From: an uncultured Clostridia bacterium
Lineage (GTDB): Bacteria; Bacillota; Clostridia; Oscillospirales; CAG-272
Direction of reading: 5' to 3'
DNA: 64,000 bases
Assembly: GCA_947625805.1 (NCBI GenBank)
Contig: CANQPT010000005.1
Coordinates: forward strand, 10,181-74,180
A model generated the notes under the pieces. It worked only from the letters and a program-made list of their open reading frames with translations. It was not told where the DNA came from and did not search any database. The position numbers were made by a program, and so were the translations under genes. This document shows, piece by piece, positions 49,273 through 57,803 of this stretch; positions within the stretch are counted from its first letter, which is position 1, and each line of letters starts with the position of its first letter.

Positions 49273-50844
49273 ATGGAACGATCAAGAAAATTTTTCTGGG
49301 ATGGACTGCTGCTCACGGCGACCGCGCTGATCATGCGCACGGTCGGCGTGATATTCAACGCCTATATTTCGGACAAGATGGGCGAAAGCGGCATGGGCTT
49401 GTTTGCGCTGGTCATGAGCGTATACAGTTTTGCCGTGACCTTCGCCACCAGCGGCATCAACCTCGCCGCCACCCGCATGACCGCAGAGGCCATGGGGCGA
49501 AACAGTCAGATCGAGATCCGGCAGGCAATGCGCCGGTGTATCGTGTACAGTCTTTTTTTCGGCACGGTCGGCGGCGTCGGGCTTTGGCTGGGCGCGGATT
49601 TCTTCGGCGGAGTGCTCATGGGAGATGCACGGACTGTGCCCTCTCTGCGCCTGCTCTCGTTCGGGCTTCCCTTTCTTTCGGTTTCCGCAGCGCTGAACGG
49701 ATACTTTACCGCCGTCCGGCGGGTGATCAAAAACGCGGCCTGTCAATTCTTTGAACAGATCTGCAAGATCGCACTGACCGTGCTCGGCTTTGCCCTTTTC
49801 CTGCCCCGAGGACTGGAATACGGCTGTATCGCGCTGGTGGGAGCGTCCATGTTCGGCGAGTGTGCGTCCTTTTTGCTTGCATTTATCCTCTATCTGCACG
49901 ATCTTCACAAGCACAATCGCAAGGACGGCGCACCCGGTGTGCATCTGACAGGTGCTCTCTGCCGGATTGCGCTGCCGGTGGCGGTCAGCGCCTATTTCCG
50001 CTCGGGTTTGGTCACCGCCGAGCACATGGCGATCCCGTGGGGCTTACGGCAGTTCGGCTCTTCGCCCGACGCGGCGCTTGCCACCTACGGCGTCATTCAA
50101 GGAATGGTACTGCCGGTCGTGCTCTATCCGTCCGCCTTTCTGAACGCCTTTTCCTCTCTGCTGGTGCCCGAGTTCGCGCAGGAGATCGCCGCTGGCAGAC
50201 GCCGCCGCACTGAACACATCGCCACCAAGGCGATCGGCGCTACCCTGCTTTTTTCGATCGGGATCGCGGGCATTATGATGGGCTATGCCGACGGACTCGG
50301 CATGGCGATCTACAAGAGCACGGAGGCTGGTTTTTATATCCGTCTGCTGGGCGCTCTGGTTCCAATCATGTACCTTGACGGCGTGGTGGACGGAATGCTC
50401 AAGGGTATGGGGTACCAGTTCTACTCAATGGTGGTCAACATCATTGACGCACTGCTGTCGCTTGTCATGGTGCTTGTGCTGGTCCCGCGCATGGGCGTAT
50501 ACGGCTATATCATTACGATCTTCGTTGCGGAAATTCTCAACTATTCCCTCAGCATCGTCAAACTGCTCGTCCATCTGCAGATCGATCTTCGTCTGGTCGC
50601 CCGCGTGGTCAAACCGATCTTAGCGATTATCGGTGCGACTACCGTCTGCCATATTCTCGGCAGTATCTTTCCCATCAACATCTGGCTGCAAATGTCCCTC
50701 TGTCTTGTGGTGTATGTGATCTTTCTTTTGTGCACGTTTGCGCTTACCCACAGCGACATCCGCTGGTTTTCCGGCATCGTATCCAAGGGGCGAATGCCGG
50801 CCTTTTACCGCAAACGCACGCGGGTATATCACATTTTTTACTGA
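49273..50844 (+). CDS. spoVB: MOP-superfamily flippase, stage V sporulation protein B-like
   Basis: About 14 TM helices. N-terminal region (LLLTATALIMRTVGVIFNAYISDKMGESGMGLFALV ... SGINLAATRMTAEA) resembles SpoVB/MurJ-like proteins. Start uncertain because the RBS is weak. Confidence 0.65.
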   Translation: MERSRKFFWDGLLLTATALIMRTVGVIFNAYISDKMGESGMGLFALVMSVYSFAVTFATSGINLAATRMTAEAMGRNSQIEIRQAMRRCIVYSLFFGTVGGVGLWLGADFFGGVLMGDARTVPSLRLLSFGLPFLSVSAALNGYFTAVRRVIKNAACQFFEQICKIALTVLGFALFLPRGLEYGCIALVGASMFGECASFLLAFILYLHDLHKHNRKDGAPGVHLTGALCRIALPVAVSAYFRSGLVTAEHMAIPWGLRQFGSSPDAALATYGVIQGMVLPVVLYPSAFLNAFSSLLVPEFAQEIAAGRRRRTEHIATKAIGATLLFSIGIAGIMMGYADGLGMAIYKSTEAGFYIRLLGALVPIMYLDGVVDGMLKGMGYQFYSMVVNIIDALLSLVMVLVLVPRMGVYGYIITIFVAEILNYSLSIVKLLVHLQIDLRLVARVVKPILAIIGATTVCHILGSIFPINIWLQMSLCLVVYVIFLLCTFALTHSDIRWFSGIVSKGRMPAFYRKRTRVYHIFY

Positions 50845-50847
50845 AAG

Positions 50848-50874
50848 AAAAAAGCTGCCTTTGGCGGCTTTTTT
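50848..50874. terminator. bidirectional terminator
   Basis: AAAAAAGCTGCC / TTT / GGCGGCTTTTTT between convergent genes. Confidence 0.8.
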
Positions 50875-50904
50875 CATATCTCCCGTCCGGCGGCTCAATT
50901 CCCC

Positions 50905-53094
50905 TTATGACAATTGATTCATCGAGCGCTGGGCTTCCACCAGACCGTGGTAAATCCCCCCGGCTTCCATCAACTGGTCGTGGGAGCCTTGCTCGGCGAT
51001 GGTGCCGTTGTCGATGACGATCAGACGGTTTGCATTGCGCAGGGTGGACAGGCGGTGGGCAATGGCGATGGTCGTACGCCCCTCCATCAGGCGAAGCAGT
51101 GCGTCCTGCAGCTGCTTTTCGGTCTCGGTGTCGAGGGAGGCGGTCGCCTCGTCAAGGATCAGGATCTTTGGGTCGTGCAGCAGTGCCCGCGCGATGGCGA
51201 TCCTCTGCCGTTCACCGCCCGAAAGGGTGTGCCCGCGCTCTCCGACCTTGGTGTTGTATCCGTCGGTCAGTTTGAGAATAAACGGATGTGCGCCCGCCGC
51301 CTTGGCGGCGCGGATGACCTCGTCGCGGGTAGCGGTCGGCTTTGCATATGCGATATTATCGTAGATGGTACCCGAGAACAAAAACGTTTCCTGGAGCACC
51401 ACGCCGATCTGCGAGCGCAGATGCTCTTCCGATATATCCTTGATGTTCACGCCGTCCACGCGGATGGTGCCGTTTTCTGCGTCGTACAGACGCATGACCA
51501 GATTGATCAGCGTACTTTTGCCCGCACCCGACTTGCCGACGATCCCGATCATCTCACCGGGCTGCACCGAAAAACTCACGTGGCGCAGCACGGTCTGCCC
51601 GTCGTTGTAGCCAAAAGAAACGTCGTCAAACTCGATCTTACCTTCAATCGGAAGATCAACCGGATGTTCGCTTGCCGGAACGTCAGACTTTTCGTCCACA
51701 ATCTCAAAGATTTTGACCACGCTGGTCAGAGCGTTTACCAGTCGGCGCGGGATCATGGCCATCCAGCGCAGCGGGCCGTACAACAGCCCCACATACGAGG
51801 AAAACTGGGTCATCTCTCCGAGGGTCATGCCGCCGTCCAGAATCTTTTGGCCTACGTAATAGAGCAAGAAGAACTCGCCAAGACCTGCGAACAGCGAAAT
51901 CAGCGGATTGATCACAGCCCAGATCTGCTCGTTTTTCATGGAAATGTCCCGCTGGTCGTCCACAGCTTTGTTGTAGCGCTCGATCTCGCGGTGCTCCATG
52001 CCGAAACTCTTGACCACACGCACGCCCTGATAGGTATCGTAGAGTATGGTCGAGGATTTGCGCTCGAAGGTCCACTGCTTGTTCCACAGACGGCGCATGG
52101 TGTTCCAGAACAGACGGTGAAAGAGCACCACAAAAGGAACGGGAACGATTACCAGCAACGCAAGTTTCCAGTCGTAGAAAACTACGATCGTTCCCACGCC
52201 GAACAGCAGAATAAGCTGTTGGGCAAGGTTGGTCAGGTCACTGACCAAAAACTGTTGCAAGACGTTGGTATCTTGTGTCACGCGGCCGATCAGCTCACCG
52301 GTCGGGCGCTTGGTCACCCCGGACAGAGAAAGCGCGTGAATCTTCTCAAACACGAGTTGCCGCAGGTTGACAACGACCGTCGTGCCCGCGATTGTGATAA
52401 ACACACTGCGTAATACCGAAACGATGACCGACAGTACTGTGATGCCCGCCATGGTAAGCACGATCAGCACAAAGGGTCGTAGCGCAGGCGGGGTCGCGGC
52501 GCGAACGTAATCGTCCACGAACACGCGTTGCACGTACGGGGCGAGCAACTCGATCAGGCTGGTCACGAAAAAGAGCAGCACGCCGATCGCCAAATACCCG
52601 CGCACGCCGCGGGTGAAGCCCCAAAGACGGCGCAAACTCTTCACGCGATTGGCACAGCGCAGGCATACGTCGCCCTCCCGGCGCAAAGTACGGCCGCACT
52701 TGGGACAGACCGCCACCAATTCGCGGCGGACGGCAAGGTCGGGCGCCCGCAGCATACTGTTGATATATCCGACGGCGGCGGCCGCCTCTCTGTGAGTGCG
52801 CATATCACCCGAAAAGAGCAAGTCGACCGTACCGTCCTTGTTCTCACATACCACGCTGTACGAGCCGACCAGATTCTCCATACGCAGTTCATTTGCCTGC
52901 GTAAGGTCGATCTGTCGTTCGCTTCCATCCTCATCGTAAAGATAGAGGCGCTGGTGGGTGGCGCACCCTATGCCCCGGGTGCGGGAAAATCGTTTCCCAT
53001 CACGGAGATTGTACGAAAAGGCGATCAAAAGGTCTTCGGGCGGGGTCTTCCCGCGATTTTTGAGCGCGGCAATCAAACTTTCACTTTTGGTCAT
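50905..53094 (-). CDS. ABC exporter (TMD+NBD) with ~145-aa N-terminal cytoplasmic domain ending in a Zn ribbon
   Basis: ATG 53094 after GAAGGTGA. CPKCGRTLRREGDVCLRC at 52654-52707 just before TM1. Walker A GKSGAGKST, signature LSGGERQR, Walker B ILILDEATAS. Confidence 0.88.
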   Translation of the reverse strand: MTKSESLIAALKNRGKTPPEDLLIAFSYNLRDGKRFSRTRGIGCATHQRLYLYDEDGSERQIDLTQANELRMENLVGSYSVVCENKDGTVDLLFSGDMRTHREAAAAVGYINSMLRAPDLAVRRELVAVCPKCGRTLRREGDVCLRCANRVKSLRRLWGFTRGVRGYLAIGVLLFFVTSLIELLAPYVQRVFVDDYVRAATPPALRPFVLIVLTMAGITVLSVIVSVLRSVFITIAGTTVVVNLRQLVFEKIHALSLSGVTKRPTGELIGRVTQDTNVLQQFLVSDLTNLAQQLILLFGVGTIVVFYDWKLALLVIVPVPFVVLFHRLFWNTMRRLWNKQWTFERKSSTILYDTYQGVRVVKSFGMEHREIERYNKAVDDQRDISMKNEQIWAVINPLISLFAGLGEFFLLYYVGQKILDGGMTLGEMTQFSSYVGLLYGPLRWMAMIPRRLVNALTSVVKIFEIVDEKSDVPASEHPVDLPIEGKIEFDDVSFGYNDGQTVLRHVSFSVQPGEMIGIVGKSGAGKSTLINLVMRLYDAENGTIRVDGVNIKDISEEHLRSQIGVVLQETFLFSGTIYDNIAYAKPTATRDEVIRAAKAAGAHPFILKLTDGYNTKVGERGHTLSGGERQRIAIARALLHDPKILILDEATASLDTETEKQLQDALLRLMEGRTTIAIAHRLSTLRNANRLIVIDNGTIAEQGSHDQLMEAGGIYHGLVEAQRSMNQLS

Positions 53095-53104
53095 GATTTC
53101 ACCT

Positions 53105-53617
53105 TCAGAGGTAGAGTTCCAACCTCTTGTAACTGGCGCGGTCAAGGGCGTCCACAGACGGGATCTCATAGCGGTTGCCGTCCACGTCGATCAAAAACAG
53201 TCGTCCGCCTCCGCATTTGAGAATGTTGCGGTAGATGTCCCGCATTCCGAAAGAAAGCGGTCCCTGATCGGTTTCTACGTTCACCTGCATAAATCCGTAA
53301 TTGTCTTTCATGCCCGTAATCCGCAGAATTTTCGGCGTGAAATACTTTTTGGAAAGTTCGTCTTAAAAAAGGGCAATCGCCTCGCCGTCAAAATCCTCGT
53401 CCAGCGATCGGATCAGACCGATCTCCTTCTTTTCCTCGTCCAGAACCGAAATGTATTCCCGCTCCATCTCAAATGGAAAATCCCGATGAAGATAGACCCG
53501 CGGGTAATGGGTTTTCCCCACGTCCAGTGTAAGAAAGCCGTCCACAGAGGAAAAACGAGCGTTTTCACGGCTTAAATATGTAATTTCAATGACGTCGGAT
53601 AGATTGATCTTACTCAT
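53105..53617 (-). pseudogene. DUF1854-like small protein gene interrupted by one in-frame TAA
   Basis: ORFs 53363..53635 and 53105..53311 share one frame. The joined translation reads ...DFDGEAIALF*DELSKKYFTPKILRITGMKDNYGFMQVNVETDQGP... ATG 53617 follows GGAGGA. The stop codon is at 53363-53365. Confidence 0.7.
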
Positions 53618-53618
53618 G

Positions 53619-55895
53619 TTAATCCTCCAGTACAATGTTTTTGAGGGCTTCCGCCTGCAGAGTGTAGAGCCTGTGGTAGACCCCCTCTTTGGCCAGCAAC
53701 TGCTCGTGCGTACCGCGCTCGCAGATTTTGCCGTCCTCGATCACGTAAAGTTCGTCCGAGCCACGCAGAGTGGACAGGCGGTGCGCGATGGTGATGGTAG
53801 TCCTGCCTTTGGACAGTTTGTCCAAGGCTTTCTGTATCTTCATCTCGGTTTCAGTGTCCATGGCCGAGGTCGCCTCGTCTAAGATCAGAATCTTCGGGTC
53901 GTGCAACAGGGCACGTGCAATGGATACCCGCTGTCGCTCGCCGCCCGACAGATCGCGGTAGCCGAAGCCGATCATGGTGTCGTACCCGTTATCCAATTTG
54001 ACGATAAAATCATGTGCGCCCGCAGTCTTGGCCGCCGCGATCACCTCCTCGTAGGTGGCGTCGGGACGGGCATAGCGGATATTCTCAAAAATCGATCCGT
54101 AAAAGAGATAGGTTTCCTGAGAAACGATGGCAATGTTTTTGCGCAGGTCGGCAAATGGCAGACGGCGGACGTTGATTCCGTCAATGCTGACGCTTCCCTC
54201 TTCTGCATCGTACAAACGCAGGATCAGATTGGCGATGGTACTCTTGCCGGCGCCCGTATGACCGACAATACCGATCTTGCCGCCGGCGGGCACTTCAAAG
54301 GACATATGATCGATGACCGTGCGGTTTTTGACATAGGAAAAACTGACGTCGTCAAAGCGAACGCTGCCCTTGCACTCGGATAGCGGAACCGGATCCACCG
54401 GCTCTGGCACGTCCGGAATTGCGTCCATGATCTCGGCCATGCGCTGGATCGAGTTCAGGCAGTTGGAAAACTGAAAGGTCATATCCGCTAAGGTGAACAG
54501 CGGCGAGGTCATAATACCGATATACGCGATAAAGGTGAGCAGAATTCCGTAACTTAAGCCCATCATGCCGTGAGCCACAAACCATCCGCCGAAGCCCCAT
54601 GCCAAAAACAGACTCATGCGCATGAGCAAGCTGGCAAGCGGAAAGGCAGTGGCATTGTAGATGGACGCCTCGCGATCCGCAAGCATTCTCTCCCGATTGA
54701 CGCGGCTGAAACGGTCCACCTCCTGCTTTTCCTTTGCAAATGCCTTGACCACACGCACGCCCGACAGCGAGTCGGCAAGTACGCCGGTCATGATCCTACG
54801 CTTGGTCCAGCGCTTGGCATGCAGTTTGCGGGAATGGTGAAACAGCCGGACATACACAAACAGCGCAGGCGGTATGGTGATGACCGACAGCAGAGTAAGA
54901 ACAGGATTGATTACGGTCATCAGAACCAGCACGGCGACAATCTGAACGATATTGATGATGTAATAAGGAAGTCCGTCGCAGAACAGCCAATAAATCGCCT
55001 CGGAGTCATTATCCACCTGGCTCATCAGGCCTCCGGTCTGCCTGCCGGAAAAGAAACTGACCGACAGTCGCTCGATGGAAGAAAAGATCACCTTGCGCAG
55101 GTCGCAGACCAGATTGTTGGACACGCGGGCAGTCACAATGCCGTTTCCGATGCTGACAAAGGTATTGAGCAGGCGGGTGACGACAATCAGGCCGATGACC
55201 AATAGCAACTGTCCGTAAAACGCGCCGTCCTCGCTGAGCACCTGATCAAAGTAAAAGCCGGAAGAAAGATAGGGCGCAAGAATGCTGAGCGCACTGGACA
55301 GGGTAAGGGTCAGCAGGATGGCGGCCACGCTGAACTTATACCGTGACAAGAAAAACCACATCTTTTTGATCAGTGCCGCTTTATCCATACAATGCGGACA
55401 GATCTTGCGATCCACGTCGGCGTAGCGCCTGCCGCAGCGGGGGCAATATTTGCTGTCCGCTTGGTTTTCCTCCGGCAGCGGACGTCCCCCTTTGAGCGCG
55501 TCAAAAAGACGGCACAGGGTGACAAGCGAATCCTTGACCGTAAAACTTCCGCCGCACAAAAGCGTGTACTGATCGCCCTTTTTTGCAACCAGCCTCAGGG
55601 TGGACACCTGCTCTTCCACACGCAAGTTTTCGATCTCATCCAAAGGATAAAACGCATATGCGATCTCGCGGTATGCACGTTCGCCCTTGCCGGTGATCGT
55701 CTTTCCGGCCGCACGCAGGGTCGTCGTTCCGCTCATGACGGCAATACCGTCCGCAGTCAGCAAAAGCGAGCAGTCGGTGCGTACCCCCTGTGCGTCCACG
55801 TCGCTGAGGGCATAGGCAATACTATCCTGCACCGAAAATCCTTTTTGTTCAAAGGCACAGAGCACTTCCGGCGAGATCCTGTCAATTTCTCTCAC
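53619..55895 (-). CDS. ABC exporter (TMD+NBD) with ~170-aa N-terminal cytoplasmic domain ending in a Zn ribbon
   Basis: GTG 55895 lies 8 nt after AAAGGAG (GTG 55913 is an alternative start). CPRCGRRYADVDRKICPHC at 55389-55445. Walker A GHTGAGKST, signature LSGGERQR, Walker B ILILDEATSA. Confidence 0.88.
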   Translation of the reverse strand: MREIDRISPEVLCAFEQKGFSVQDSIAYALSDVDAQGVRTDCSLLLTADGIAVMSGTTTLRAAGKTITGKGERAYREIAYAFYPLDEIENLRVEEQVSTLRLVAKKGDQYTLLCGGSFTVKDSLVTLCRLFDALKGGRPLPEENQADSKYCPRCGRRYADVDRKICPHCMDKAALIKKMWFFLSRYKFSVAAILLTLTLSSALSILAPYLSSGFYFDQVLSEDGAFYGQLLLVIGLIVVTRLLNTFVSIGNGIVTARVSNNLVCDLRKVIFSSIERLSVSFFSGRQTGGLMSQVDNDSEAIYWLFCDGLPYYIINIVQIVAVLVLMTVINPVLTLLSVITIPPALFVYVRLFHHSRKLHAKRWTKRRIMTGVLADSLSGVRVVKAFAKEKQEVDRFSRVNRERMLADREASIYNATAFPLASLLMRMSLFLAWGFGGWFVAHGMMGLSYGILLTFIAYIGIMTSPLFTLADMTFQFSNCLNSIQRMAEIMDAIPDVPEPVDPVPLSECKGSVRFDDVSFSYVKNRTVIDHMSFEVPAGGKIGIVGHTGAGKSTIANLILRLYDAEEGSVSIDGINVRRLPFADLRKNIAIVSQETYLFYGSIFENIRYARPDATYEEVIAAAKTAGAHDFIVKLDNGYDTMIGFGYRDLSGGERQRVSIARALLHDPKILILDEATSAMDTETEMKIQKALDKLSKGRTTITIAHRLSTLRGSDELYVIEDGKICERGTHEQLLAKEGVYHRLYTLQAEALKNIVLED

Positions 55896-55931
55896 GGTAT
55901 CCACTCCTTTCACGTTCTGATGATTCGTTGT

Positions 55932-55960
55932 ATTATATCATTCCGAGCAAGAAAAGTCAA
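55932..55960 (-). promoter_or_regulatory. sigma-A promoter of the ABC/DUF1854/ABC operon
   Basis: Minus strand TTGACT (55960-55955), 17-nt spacer, TATAAT (55937-55932). Confidence 0.7.
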
Positions 55961-55999
55961 CCATAATTCCCCTTATATTTCCAAAGAAAAAACAAAATA

Positions 56000-56028
56000 T
56001 TTACTTTTCGTAAAACATATGGTATAAT
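56000..56028 (+). promoter_or_regulatory. sigma-A promoter with extended -10
   Basis: TTTACT (56000-56005), 17-nt spacer, TGgTATAAT (TATAAT at 56023-56028). Confidence 0.6.
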
Positions 56029-56088
56029 ATCGACATATCACATATGAAAAGCGGGTTCAGCCCGCAAATAACCAACGTGGAGAAAATC

Positions 56089-56826
56089 ATGAAAGCAATC
56101 GTTATGGCGGGTGGAAAGGGTACGCGGATCTCCGATCCGACCCATCCGATCCCGAAGGTATTACGGGAGGCAAACGGAAAGCCGCTGTTAGAATATGTTC
56201 TGAATACCATCAGCATGGTGGACAAAAGCGACGTTACAATTATCGTCGGATATATGCGGGAGCAAGTGATCAAACGTTTCCCCGGCTACCGATATGCCGT
56301 ACAGGAGCAACAACTCGGCACAGGGCATGCAGTCATGTGCGCCATTGAGGCATCTGACCTCGAGCACTACGACGGCGATGTGCTGGTGCTGTGCGGGGAC
56401 ACTCCGCTGATCTCGGCGCAAACCGTGCGGAAATTGGAAGAATTCCATAAAACGCAGGGCAACGCTTGCACCATTCTCTCCTGTGTCAGCGAAGAGGACG
56501 ACTCGCTGGGTCGGATTGTTCGGGAAAACGGAAAAGTTTGCGGCATCGTAGAAGCGGCGGATTGCACGCCCGAACAAAAGAAGATTACCGAAAAAAATTC
56601 CGGTCTGTGTCTTTTTGACTGCAAGAGCCTGTGCAGCACCATCAAAAAAATCACCAATGATAACAAAAAGGGCGAATATTATCTGACCGACGTGCCCAAA
56701 CTGCTGATTGCGGAGGACAAAAAAATAGATGCATACATCACCCCCGACAAGCGGGAATTACTGGGCGTCAACACGGCGGAAAATCTTGCACAGGTCGAGG
56801 CATTGCTCAGGCAGGAAGAAGTATAA
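56089..56826 (+). CDS. sugar-phosphate nucleotidyltransferase (GlmU N-terminal-domain-like, no acetyltransferase domain)
   Basis: ATG 56089 after GTGGAGAAA. Contains MKAIVMAGGKGTRI, QEQQLGTGHAV and VLCGDTPL. Confidence 0.85.
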   Translation: MKAIVMAGGKGTRISDPTHPIPKVLREANGKPLLEYVLNTISMVDKSDVTIIVGYMREQVIKRFPGYRYAVQEQQLGTGHAVMCAIEASDLEHYDGDVLVLCGDTPLISAQTVRKLEEFHKTQGNACTILSCVSEEDDSLGRIVRENGKVCGIVEAADCTPEQKKITEKNSGLCLFDCKSLCSTIKKITNDNKKGEYYLTDVPKLLIAEDKKIDAYITPDKRELLGVNTAENLAQVEALLRQEEV

Positions 56827-57335
56827 TGGCAGACAAAAAATCCATGGTCACTTTCGGAAGACAGTTCTTTGGCTACCGCAAGCAAGACGTCAATCGCTAT
56901 ATTGAACAGCGCGCCGCCGCCGCTCATCAGGCGGAGGAGGATTTTCGCGCAAAATTACAGGAGCGAACCGAGCAAGCGGACCAACTGCGTGCGGAAAACG
57001 CACGCATGACTGCCCTGATCGCCGAGAGCGACAAAAAAATCGTCGCACAGAAAAATCAGATCGACTCGCTCACAGAGCAACTCTCACAAAGCATACAAGC
57101 GCTGACCGAACTCAAAGGAGAACTCGATCGCTTGGACGAGCGGCTCAGCGCACTCGCCTGCGACACGCCGGCACCCAAAGCGAGCGCCGAGCCTGCTCCG
57201 GTAAAGCAAACGGAAACGGAGAGCGCGGAAAAAGAGCCTGCCGAAAAGGCAAAATCCTCCAAAGAACAGGACAGCAGTGCGATCGGCGCCGCGCTGCGCA
57301 GTCTGCGCAAAAAATTGTTGGATTTTCTGCAATAA
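56826..57335 (+). CDS. DivIVA-domain coiled-coil protein
   Basis: TAATG overlap with the upstream gene. N-terminal FGRQFFGYRKQDVNRYIEQ is the DivIVA-type motif. A long heptad-rich coiled coil and an acidic tail follow. Confidence 0.7.
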   Translation: MADKKSMVTFGRQFFGYRKQDVNRYIEQRAAAAHQAEEDFRAKLQERTEQADQLRAENARMTALIAESDKKIVAQKNQIDSLTEQLSQSIQALTELKGELDRLDERLSALACDTPAPKASAEPAPVKQTETESAEKEPAEKAKSSKEQDSSAIGAALRSLRKKLLDFLQ

Positions 57336-57337
57336 AG

Positions 57338-57364
57338 ATACCGCCACATAGAGCGGTATTTTTC
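57338..57364 (+). terminator. intrinsic terminator
   Basis: ATACCGC / CACATAGA / GCGGTAT followed by TTTTT. Confidence 0.65.
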
Positions 57365-57465
57365 ATAGCGCCATGATCCATACTCTTTTTTGGCGTTCTT
57401 CCTTCAGGCGTATAATCGTATGATACTTCAGCCATACTAAACATACCGACACGGAGGTGAAGAAG

Positions 57466-57645
57466 ATGAGTTGTGAAAATGGAAACTGCCGCGCAAACAA
57501 GTGCATTGAATGCGAGGTAACACAGTGTGCAAACCACGCTAAGACCGAGAACTACTGCTCGCTTGACCGCATTAAGGTTGGTACGCACGAAGCCAATCCT
57601 ACCGAGGTCAAGTGCACAGACTGTGAGTCTTTCAAGTTAGACTGA
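57466..57645 (+). CDS. DUF1540-like small Cys-rich protein (sporulation-associated family)
   Basis: ATG 57466 lies 6 nt after GGAGGTG. Two repeats of a C-x2-C-x-H ... C-x-L-x2-I pattern (CEVTQCANH ... CSLDRIKV). Family assignment from memory. Confidence 0.7.
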   Translation: MSCENGNCRANKCIECEVTQCANHAKTENYCSLDRIKVGTHEANPTEVKCTDCESFKLD

Positions 57646-57768
57646 AAGTCTTAGGTTCTCCGAAACGGTCGTGCGCGTTTTGGGGCTTTGAGCAAAGCCG
57701 CCTTGACCGCATGACTTTGTTGAAATCAATTTACACGATCCTTTGGGTGAGTGTACTGCCTGTGGCAG

Positions 57769-57803
57769 AACAGCGACCGCGTTGGCGGTCGCTGTTTCTT
57801 TTA
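57769..57803. terminator. terminator hairpin between convergent genes
   Basis: AACAGCGACCGC / GTTG / GCGGTCGCTGTT followed by TCTTTT. Confidence 0.8.

Noticed and set aside
50914-52413. 499-aa plus-strand ORF, with similar long antisense ORFs at 31340..32563, 23566..24477, 29254..30057 and 59322..60233
   Set aside because: All lie antisense to genes with clear catalytic motifs (ABC NBD, ilvB, leuA, ilvC, ABC). They are explained by codon bias that suppresses stop codons on the opposite strand.
53312-53362. Treating 53363..53635 and 53105..53311 as two independent small genes with an intergenic gap
   Set aside because: Both are in one frame and the gap translates sensibly. The second ATG lacks an RBS. 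The combined length and sequence match one small protein family, so it is called a single interrupted gene.
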